Assembly: GCA_016187335.1 (NCBI GenBank)
Contig: JACPJW010000001.1
Location: 352,001 to 416,000 of the forward strand
Direction of reading: 5' to 3'
DNA from: Candidatus Aenigmatarchaeota archaeon
GTDB lineage: Archaea > Aenigmatarchaeota > Aenigmatarchaeia > GW2011-AR5
Length of the DNA stretch: 64,000 bases
Positions 57,224 through 64,000 of this stretch are shown here, piece after piece. A program made the position numbers and the translations under genes. How positions within the stretch are numbered: the stretch's first letter is position 1; each line of letters starts with the position of its first letter. The notes under the pieces were generated by a model. That model did no database searches. It worked only from the letters and a program-made list of their open reading frames with translations, and was not told the DNA's origin.

Positions 57224-58504
57224 ATGGCTAAAGACGGTAAATCCAAAAAAGAACATGTAAGAGTCATGGTAAGAAATTTTGAAGTAGGTAGTGACGAATT
57301 ATTCATAATAGCAGGCCCTTGTTCTGTTGAAAGCCGAGACCATATCATAGAAATGGCTTATTTAGTTAGAGGTGCTGGTGCTGATGCCCTACGTGGCGGT
57401 GCTTTCAAACCACGCACAGAAGCTGGTAAATTTGATGGCTTGAAAGAAAATGGTTTAAGGTATCTGGTTGAAGCTAGAGAAAAGACAGGATTGCCGATAG
57501 TTACTGAGATAATGGCAATAGAAGATATCCCATTATTTCAACAATACGGTGTTGATGTATATCAAGTAGGAACAAGAAATGCCCAGAACTTCCCCCTATT
57601 ACATGCACTCGGAGATCTTGGTGTAACTGTTTTGCTGAAGAGAGGAATGGGAAACAAAGTTGAGGAATGGCTAGGTGCTGCAAGTCATGTAGTTTCAAGA
57701 AGGAATAAAAATCTGATTTTGTGTGAACGAGGAGTGTCTACATTTGATTCTAAGTTATTCAGAAACATGGCGGATATTGCAGGAATGGCTTACGCAGAAA
57801 TGGAAGATAAATATCCGGTTTTATTTGACCCAAGCCACGCAACCGGTATTAGAAAACTTGTTCGTCCAATGTCTCGCGCTGCTGTTACAGCAGGCGCTGA
57901 CGGGCTTTTAATAGAAGTTCATGATGATCCGAATTACGCAAAAACAGATGGTCAACAGAGCATATACCCACGTGAGCTTGAATTTTTAATAAAGGAAGCT
58001 AGGCGACTTAGAGCAGAATATATTGATTCGACGGCAGGACATGAAAAATGGATGGAAAAGCTGCAACCTAACATGACAATATACTTTCAGAAGGAATATC
58101 TAGATGATGTATGCGCTTTATTGGGATCTGATGCAGAGAGATTGAGGGTCAGGTCATACGGAGAAGACACAGGAATTCTTCAGGCAAGGGTAAAGACAGG
58201 TCATGTAGGAAAATTAAAACAAAAAGGCGGTTATGCTATCGGAAGACTTTCGATGTGGAGTTCAGGTCCTGGAGAACCAGCTACAATACCGATGGCGAGT
58301 GTTGAGGCAGGGGGTCAACCAAAAACAATTCTAACCCTTTACGACAAAGAATTATTAGAAGACGCAGGTAAAAAGACAATAGACCAACGATACACACATC
58401 TTAGAAGATTACAAGTGAGACAATCGCACCCGGGAGATTTAGAACTTATAGCAAAAGCCTTTACGACTTATACGGATAGACCTCTTATTCTATATCAACC
58501 ATAG
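57224..58504 (+). CDS. aroF: DAHP synthase, class I-beta, with unknown ~150 aa C-terminal extension
   Basis: IAGPCSVE, RGGAFKPRT, GTRNAQNF, LKRG, CERG, DPSH, IEVH, DGQQS. Confidence 0.88.
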   Translation: MAKDGKSKKEHVRVMVRNFEVGSDELFIIAGPCSVESRDHIIEMAYLVRGAGADALRGGAFKPRTEAGKFDGLKENGLRYLVEAREKTGLPIVTEIMAIEDIPLFQQYGVDVYQVGTRNAQNFPLLHALGDLGVTVLLKRGMGNKVEEWLGAASHVVSRRNKNLILCERGVSTFDSKLFRNMADIAGMAYAEMEDKYPVLFDPSHATGIRKLVRPMSRAAVTAGADGLLIEVHDDPNYAKTDGQQSIYPRELEFLIKEARRLRAEYIDSTAGHEKWMEKLQPNMTIYFQKEYLDDVCALLGSDAERLRVRSYGEDTGILQARVKTGHVGKLKQKGGYAIGRLSMWSSGPGEPATIPMASVEAGGQPKTILTLYDKELLEDAGKKTIDQRYTHLRRLQVRQSHPGDLELIAKAFTTYTDRPLILYQP

Positions 58505-59113
58505 TCAAGGCTTATGTCTTGTAATAGCGTAGTAGGTCACGTCTCCTTCGTTATCCACAATCGCCCATAACATCCTTGCTCGTATGTTGTGGGCAAGCCT
58601 GACAGAGCGCGAAAGTTCCTGGAACGACATGGTGAAATCCTCCGGCACCGAGAAAACTATCCATTTCGTGTGCTCTTTGGCGGATTTCGGCCCTTTCTTC
58701 AGCTGCACGCCCCTTTCATACACGCGGAAGTCGCAGCCGAACTTGAATCCTGTCCTGACAAGCAGCCCGCGCTCCCTGAGGTCTTCGTAAACGCGGTAGC
58801 GCTCCGTGAACCTTTTGTCCAGAGCAGAAGAATGCCTGAACAGCTCGTCGAATGTTATTTGTTTCTTGCTGCTGTCAAAGACCCTTATCCTGCCGCGCTT
58901 CAGCAGCAGGCACGCTTCTACCAGAGCCAGTTCAAGCCTGTCAGGAAGAATTTTGCCGTAATAGCCGGGCTCGTAAACGCTTTCAAAGTTTTTCCATGCA
59001 ACTGCTTTGTTCTCTTCCAGCGTTGTATCCACAACTTCTTTGAAAGGCTCCGGCTCCACGTATTCCGGTCTATCCTCTTCAGAATCATGCTTTTTCTTGG
59101 ACATTTTGAACAC
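58505..59113 (-). CDS. endA: tRNA splicing endonuclease (single-domain alpha type)
   Basis: LVEAC, VYEDLRERG, GFKFGCDFRVY, EH, SVRLAH, AIVDNEGDVTYY. Confidence 0.94.
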   Translation of the reverse strand: MFKMSKKKHDSEEDRPEYVEPEPFKEVVDTTLEENKAVAWKNFESVYEPGYYGKILPDRLELALVEACLLLKRGRIRVFDSSKKQITFDELFRHSSALDKRFTERYRVYEDLRERGLLVRTGFKFGCDFRVYERGVQLKKGPKSAKEHTKWIVFSVPEDFTMSFQELSRSVRLAHNIRARMLWAIVDNEGDVTYYAITRHKP

Positions 59114-59248
59114 CTGAGAGGATTATGGATTACCAAAGCCTAGAGTATTCCTTATCATCAATGAAAATTATTTCCGTTTGACAGAAGCAAGGTATGGGTC
59201 TATGCCCCCTTACTTCATGTTTTTGTTTTTATGACAAAGCTTAAAAGA

Positions 59249-59812
59249 TTAAGCGTAGTTTGTCTCGCCCGTTGCGCAATTGACGGTCAGATTTCCGCTG
59301 CATATGATTTTGTCATTCTCGATGCGCCACTGCTTCACCGTTGCGCTGTCCACATCGGATATTGTGCAGCATATGGATTTCACTGAGTTTTTCACAAGGT
59401 TCTTGTAGCCTATTGCAGATGCAGACTGGTTGGATTTTATGCTGTTTAACTCATTTCTGCATTCGTTCAGGCTGCTTTCCGACGAAGTTCTCAGGCTTGA
59501 CAAATCGCCCTCGCACTTGCCAAGGCTTGCCGAATTACTCTGCAGATTCCCGGAACACTCGTTATAAAGAGCCGTTTTGTCATTAAGGCTTTTTGCGCAA
59601 TCCACGCGCGCAGTTGAAATAATCTTCAGGTCCTCTTTGGTGTTGTTGAGCTCCGATTCAAGCTTTGTGGTGTAGGTCGTGTAGCCTGTAAAAACAGTTC
59701 CTACGGAATAAAGCACAAAAACAACAAGCACGGCAATAAGCGCGATTCCTATTTTTTTAGTATCTATATTCATCTTGCCCGGCGGCGCGTATTCGTAACC
59801 CATAATTACCAT
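59249..59812 (-). CDS. Membrane-anchored coiled-coil protein with Cys-rich C-terminus
   Basis: N-terminal TM, heptad repeats with periodic Cys, ICC..IIC..NC. Confidence 0.7.
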   Translation of the reverse strand: MVIMGYEYAPPGKMNIDTKKIGIALIAVLVVFVLYSVGTVFTGYTTYTTKLESELNNTKEDLKIISTARVDCAKSLNDKTALYNECSGNLQSNSASLGKCEGDLSSLRTSSESSLNECRNELNSIKSNQSASAIGYKNLVKNSVKSICCTISDVDSATVKQWRIENDKIICSGNLTVNCATGETNYA

Positions 59813-59912
59813 TTCGCCGGGGCGATATTAATAGGTTGCCTTTAGAAAGCAGCAAAGAAAGCGTAATGCGGGTGTGATTTAACCCTTTTAGAAAAAGCGT
59901 CACGGAAAAAGA

Positions 59913-60149
59913 TGGGAAGGGAGGGATTTCCAGAACTTTTCATCGTTTTCCTCGAAGAACATCAGTTCTTCGGTATCTCGGAGAACTATCGTTCTCCGCA
60001 GATGATCGAACTTTTCTGAAAAGTTCGTTTGGACCCTCGACATTCCCGGCGTAGCACCAATCAAGTGCTATGCTCCACGGTCTTCAGCCGTGTGCTCTCC
60101 CAGGCTTTGCCAACCGAAAAAATCATTCTCGGTTTTGAGCTACCTTCCC
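59913..60149 (-). tRNA. tRNA-Phe(GAA) with three introns: 14/15 (30 nt, 60106-60135), about 43/44-44/45 (~32 nt, ~60044-60075) and 59/60 (101 nt, 59927-60027)
   Basis: Acceptor GGGAAGG/CCTTCCC, CACGG-CT-GAA-GA-CCGTG, T-stem GAGGG/CCCTC; the third intron has a complete hBHBh' (UCCA/UGGA); mature length about 74 nt. Confidence 0.88.
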
Positions 60150-60568
60150 ATGGATGGAAAATATACTTTTTTCGTTTTCAAAGCTTCCAACGCTATTTTT
60201 ACCGGTTCGAAAAGCGGTTTAGGCAGATTTTTCAGGTCAAACCACTTAAGTTCGCTGATATTTTCTTTGTCGACAATCCTTGGCTTGCCGGATTTTATTT
60301 TCGCAGTAAATTCCACATCAACGTAGTGTTTTTTGCCGTATTTCATTATGTCGCTGATGCACAGCAGCCTTAGATTACCGACTTCAAGTCCGACCTCTTC
60401 CTTTACCTCTCTCTTGGCGCATTCTTCCAGCGTCTCGCCAAATTCAACATGGCCGCCGAACCCTGACCATTCTCCTTCGCCGTGAGAGCCCTTTCTCCTG
60501 CCCAGCAAAATCTTGTTGCCCTGTATTATCTGGCATCCTACGCCTACCAGAGGCCTTTCCTTTCTCAT
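60140..60568 (-). CDS. NUDIX hydrolase between tRNA-Asn and tRNA-Phe
   Basis: GGHVEFGETLEECAKREVKEEVG Nudix box; start MRKERP just after tRNA-Asn; stop lies inside tRNA-Phe. Confidence 0.9.
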   Translation of the reverse strand: MRKERPLVGVGCQIIQGNKILLGRRKGSHGEGEWSGFGGHVEFGETLEECAKREVKEEVGLEVGNLRLLCISDIMKYGKKHYVDVEFTAKIKSGKPRIVDKENISELKWFDLKNLPKPLFEPVKIALEALKTKKVYFPSMGR

Positions 60569-60571
60569 GAG

Positions 60572-60690
60572 CGCCCCGGGACGGACTCGAACCGTCGACC
60601 TTCTGCAATTAGTCAAGAAATCCAAAAACTTGCTTGACTGTTAACAGCCAGACGCTTTAGGCGTCTATCTACCTGCTGAGCTACCAGGGC
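60572..60690 (-). tRNA. tRNA-Asn(GUU) with two introns: 22/23 (12 nt, 60657-60668) and 39/40 (34 nt, 60606-60639)
   Basis: Acceptor GCCCTGG/CCGGGGC, G73, CT-GTT-AA; BHB helices AGGU/GCCU and GUUA/UAAU; mature length 73 nt. Confidence 0.92.
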
Positions 60691-60727
60691 ATGCGTAGAA
60701 ATAATCTGAGAATTAATATTTAAAACG

Positions 60728-61576
60728 TTAGAAGAAAGGCCTTATTACAAGCGCGGTTCCTGCGATAATGAACAATGCGCCAATGAGCCTTCTTATCAGG
60801 TCTCCTTCCTTGTGGAACAGGTATCCGCCGAGAACGCTTATGACAATGCTCATCTGAACTACTATGGCTACGTTGCTCACGTCCGTCAAATTATACGCCG
60901 TTATCTGCGAGAAATACCCGGCGGCAGCCAGCAAAGAAACGGCTATCATAGGCATTTTCATCTTATGAAATGAAGCCTTAACTCTGTCGGCCCTGCCAAG
61001 CGCGGCTGGGGTAAGTATCATTGTAGGAAAAAGAAATACGAGAAATCCGTAGAATGCCGGGGTGAAATAAGCCAGACCTGTTTTGTCGATTACCGCTACC
61101 AAGCCCATAAGAAATGCGTTAATCAAAGTCAGAATTATACCCTTCTTGGAAATCCTTTTCAGCGGGTCTTTGTGCCATGCAAGGATTACAGCGCCTATCA
61201 GCAGCAAAAAGACGCCGAGGAACTTGTTAATCGTTAGCGATTCCTTCAGAATCAGCATAGAAAATATCAGCGTGAATAAAACGCTGGTCTTGGACAGCGG
61301 ATCCCTTACAGAAATATCAGTATGCTTGTAAGCTTCGAGGCCCGTCACGTTGGCCAAAACGTACAATGAACTCGCAAGCAGGACAATCAGCCACGCAATG
61401 TAGCTGGGCGGGAAGCTGGCTTCCCTCACAAACAGGAGAAAAAAGAAAGCCGCTGAAAAGACGTTGAAGAACCATGCATACACTATGGTGTTTTCCGTCT
61501 TCATTATATGCTTCTGGACAAGATTCCCCGCGCCGTAGCAAAGAGCCGCGAAAAGCGCGAGCAGTTCCCATGACAT
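60728..61576 (-). CDS. EamA/DMT family transporter
   Basis: Two 5-TM repeats, ILKE and FHKEG motifs. Confidence 0.9.
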   Translation of the reverse strand: MSWELLALFAALCYGAGNLVQKHIMKTENTIVYAWFFNVFSAAFFFLLFVREASFPPSYIAWLIVLLASSLYVLANVTGLEAYKHTDISVRDPLSKTSVLFTLIFSMLILKESLTINKFLGVFLLLIGAVILAWHKDPLKRISKKGIILTLINAFLMGLVAVIDKTGLAYFTPAFYGFLVFLFPTMILTPAALGRADRVKASFHKMKMPMIAVSLLAAAGYFSQITAYNLTDVSNVAIVVQMSIVISVLGGYLFHKEGDLIRRLIGALFIIAGTALVIRPFF

Positions 61577-61600
61577 TAGAATACCTTGAGAAACAGGCTT

Positions 61601-64000
61601 TTAATCCAGGAAATCGCCCTTCTTCAGCTTATTAGGAAGGTAGGTCTCGGACATGAACTTAAGGCCGCGGTGCGACAAAGCTTCTATCTCGGCTTTTATT
61701 CCTTTTTCTATCATCAGGTTGATTTCCTTCTTCCATCTCGGGTTCTTGCTAAACCACTCGTAGTTGAGTAGTTCCTTCGCGCGCTTTATGTCAACTTCCT
61801 TGCATTTTATTGTCGCTTTTTTCAGGTCATACTCAAATATATCCGATATAGTAAGACCTATGTATCTGGCTTCCGGTGTCGCAATCCGATCTGAGACGTG
61901 AGCTAGGCTTATGGATCCGGATTTGATAACTGAATAAATATAGAAGCCGTACGAATCACTGTCGCAGCATACATATACAGGCAGCTTGTGATCTTGGTTC
62001 AGCCTTTGTATCAGCAGCCTTGTTCCGCGTGATGGCTGCCCGCCTGTGCCGATCAAAACGCACTTCTGTTTCTGCCAGAACTTGTCCTCATGAAGCCGCT
62101 CAAAGCCTGCGTTCTTCTCCACGACCAAGACAAAGTCCGCGTTGACTTTTTTGAAATCTATTTCATCCACGGTGCTCGGTATGGACCATCCCCCGCTTCC
62201 GAGCTTTGACCAGTCTATGCTGTCGCCGCGGTCTTCAATAATAACGTTGCCGGCGACAATGCCCTTTCTGTCGGTGGTGAGGTGCAATTGCTCGCGCAGA
62301 ACGTCTATAGCCACTTCTATGTCAACAATTATAGGGTCAGAATTATGTAGAATTATAAATCCATTACCACCAATGAAATTCTCAGTAGGTTCGACTGAAA
62401 GATCAACTGTATATTCAGGAGTTGGAGCGTCATTTATTTCAACTATCTTGTCCCACATAATGTCACTATTAGCTATGGTTTCAAGTTCGGATACCAGCTG
62501 TAAATCTGGAGAATACTTTTGTAACTGCATCAAGGCGTTATATAACACAGGTCTGCTTATCGATTCGTTTTTATTTTCTATATAACTCCATGAAAAGTGG
62601 TTCCATTCAACACGATCCTTACAGGACTTTCTGACTTTTTCTACCAATTTCCCTATGTTTGGTATCCTGTCAGAAGATACGTCGTGTTTCCGCGGCTTAC
62701 TGAATCTTTTATCATTGATTATTTCAGCCATCAATTTTACATCTTCTCTATTACCTATTCTAATTTCATATGCGTTATGGTGATTAGGATTTTGGACGCT
62801 TCTTTTATAGCGATAAATTCTTGCAAAAATTCCAAGCCTAAGCAGTAAAAATACCAATCCGTTAGCCAGCTTTTCGCTAGTTGTGTGGTACCTTAATCTA
62901 AATTTTGGAAGAAAAGTACTACCGTCTCCAAGCATAAACGAGAAAAGAAACATCTGTATACAATTTTCAGGTGAATCAAGCAAAACACGCGGTATTTCTT
63001 TATTCCATGCTCTGCAAGGCTTATACCCAATAACATAAGTCAATATGTGACTCAAAGTATCGTAACCTACATTTAGCTTATAAACTCCATCTTTACCTAA
63101 ACGTATCTTTCCGCTTACACAGCTTTTACCAAATGATTTTTCAAAGCAAATCATAAACTGCTTGAGAAGCTCTGAAGATTTGTTAGAAATAGCTACATGG
63201 TATGATTTTCGTGGTTCAAAAAGTGAATGCGAGCCTTCGCTCAAAAGAAGCCCTAGTACAAATCCTAAATTTTCATCTTTTTTTATTAAAGCGTTGTAAT
63301 AGTTCTTTGCACCCCTTCTTCCAATTTTTATTTTAGGAAGCAGATCTGAAATATCAATTCCGGTCGTTTTTACGACTTTAATTGGAATTGTTTTCCAGTT
63401 AATCCAGTTGGCTTTAACGTCAGACCATACATTCTTGTATCCGAAGTCATTTGAAATATTTTTTAGCTTATCATTACCTATAAGCCTGATTATTTCTTTT
63501 ATCGTGTCTTTATCCGATTTTATGTAAAATTCTTTTAATACACTTTCAGGGCAATTTTCAATAAGCTTTTCTAAAATATTTATATGATCAGAATTAACAC
63601 CGACTTCTATTTTTCTTGGGATGGCTATCCAGTCTCCTATCTTTAGTTCTGATGTTTTTATGGATACAGGTTTTCCTTCAGAATTTGTAAACAAGCTGTG
63701 AGATTTAGTTACTTTGACACGCCTGCCACTTGATGTGATTATTTCCTTTACAATGTTAGGCGGGTGTTTCATTACCATCAGAACTTTCTGCTCCTTAATC
63801 CTGTAATTTTCATCGAAAGCGCAAACCTTAATGTCGCCAACTAAAATCTTCTTTTTATTACCATCATCATAAATAATTCTCCCAAATTTTTCAGCATGGT
63901 CTACGACTTCGCTTGCTTGAGCTATTCTGAGTTCATCGTTTATTCTTACCAACAAAGGTTCATCGGGGCATACAGACTCGCTCTGCTCGTCAAAGGTATT
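61601..64000 (-). CDS. top6A: DNA topoisomerase VI subunit A, intein-containing; 5' end outside the window
   Basis: Exteins join as NTFDEQSE-SDPIIVDIEV; TOPRIM VVEKNAG, GGQPSRGTR, DSDSYG, KAEIEAL. Confidence 0.95.
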   Translation of the reverse strand, partial: NTFDEQSESVCPDEPLLVRINDELRIAQASEVVDHAEKFGRIIYDDGNKKKILVGDIKVCAFDENYRIKEQKVLMVMKHPPNIVKEIITSSGRRVKVTKSHSLFTNSEGKPVSIKTSELKIGDWIAIPRKIEVGVNSDHINILEKLIENCPESVLKEFYIKSDKDTIKEIIRLIGNDKLKNISNDFGYKNVWSDVKANWINWKTIPIKVVKTTGIDISDLLPKIKIGRRGAKNYYNALIKKDENLGFVLGLLLSEGSHSLFEPRKSYHVAISNKSSELLKQFMICFEKSFGKSCVSGKIRLGKDGVYKLNVGYDTLSHILTYVIGYKPCRAWNKEIPRVLLDSPENCIQMFLFSFMLGDGSTFLPKFRLRYHTTSEKLANGLVFLLLRLGIFARIYRYKRSVQNPNHHNAYEIRIGNREDVKLMAEIINDKRFSKPRKHDVSSDRIPNIGKLVEKVRKSCKDRVEWNHFSWSYIENKNESISRPVLYNALMQLQKYSPDLQLVSELETIANSDIMWDKIVEINDAPTPEYTVDLSVEPTENFIGGNGFIILHNSDPIIVDIEVAIDVLREQLHLTTDRKGIVAGNVIIEDRGDSIDWSKLGSGGWSIPSTVDEIDFKKVNADFVLVVEKNAGFERLHEDKFWQKQKCVLIGTGGQPSRGTRLLIQRLNQDHKLPVYVCCDSDSYGFYIYSVIKSGSISLAHVSDRIATPEARYIGLTISDIFEYDLKKATIKCKEVDIKRAKELLNYEWFSKNPRWKKEINLMIEKGIKAEIEALSHRGLKFMSETYLPNKLKKGDFLD
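62342..63976 (-). mobile_element. 545-aa intein with LAGLIDADG homing endonuclease in Top6A
   Basis: Block A SVCPDEPLLVR, block B VKVTKSHSLF, LGFVLGLLLSEG and FSFMLGDG, block F/G TVDLSVEPTENFIGG..ILHN followed by Ser; much lower GC than the exteins. Confidence 0.95.

Noticed and set aside
59874-59900. TGATTTAACCCTTTTAGAAAAAGCG as a REP copy
   Set aside because: The arms are too degenerate; it may be only the tRNA-Phe terminator region.
60569-60625. Track start of the NUDIX ORF at 60625
   Set aside because: The extension reads through tRNA-Asn; the start was moved to 60568.

Overview
Core chromosomal segment of a small-genome archaeon. A DPANN lineage, probably Aenigmarchaeota-like, is inferred from gene content only. 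Left to right: intein-containing PolB, a degenerate PolD small subunit (DP1) and Cdc6 beside an ORB-bearing replication origin; the upper mevalonate pathway; Hjc, DnaG, peptidases, sugar-phosphate genes; RadA, RPA, histone; AlaRS, the L11-L1-L10-L12/Spt5/SecE/FtsZ cluster, LeuRS, MinD, PheRS, GlyRS; a CBS-HPF-like protein; a DAHP synthase; tRNA splicing endonuclease; and an intein-containing Topo VI subunit A. No rRNA, CRISPR array, integrase or transposase was seen. Main unexplained signals: (1) about 27 helically phased TTCAY/RTGAA pentamers around an AT-rich spacer, between a wHTH gene and an ExeA/TnsC-like AAA+-wHTH ATPase (candidate second origin or partition-like system, 23.3-25.2 kb). 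(2) All four tRNA genes carry non-canonical BHB-type introns (8 in total, none at 37/38), near an EndA that appears to lack the catalytic Lys. (3) A dispersed REP-like palindrome family, one composite copy of which forms a 101-nt tRNA-Phe intron. (4) A shared TATA-proximal operator (TTACYA-N5-TAGTAW) on three dispersed orphan genes. (5) AT-richer orphan genes inserted singly into conserved operons. All assignments are by eye from motifs; no database searches were run.
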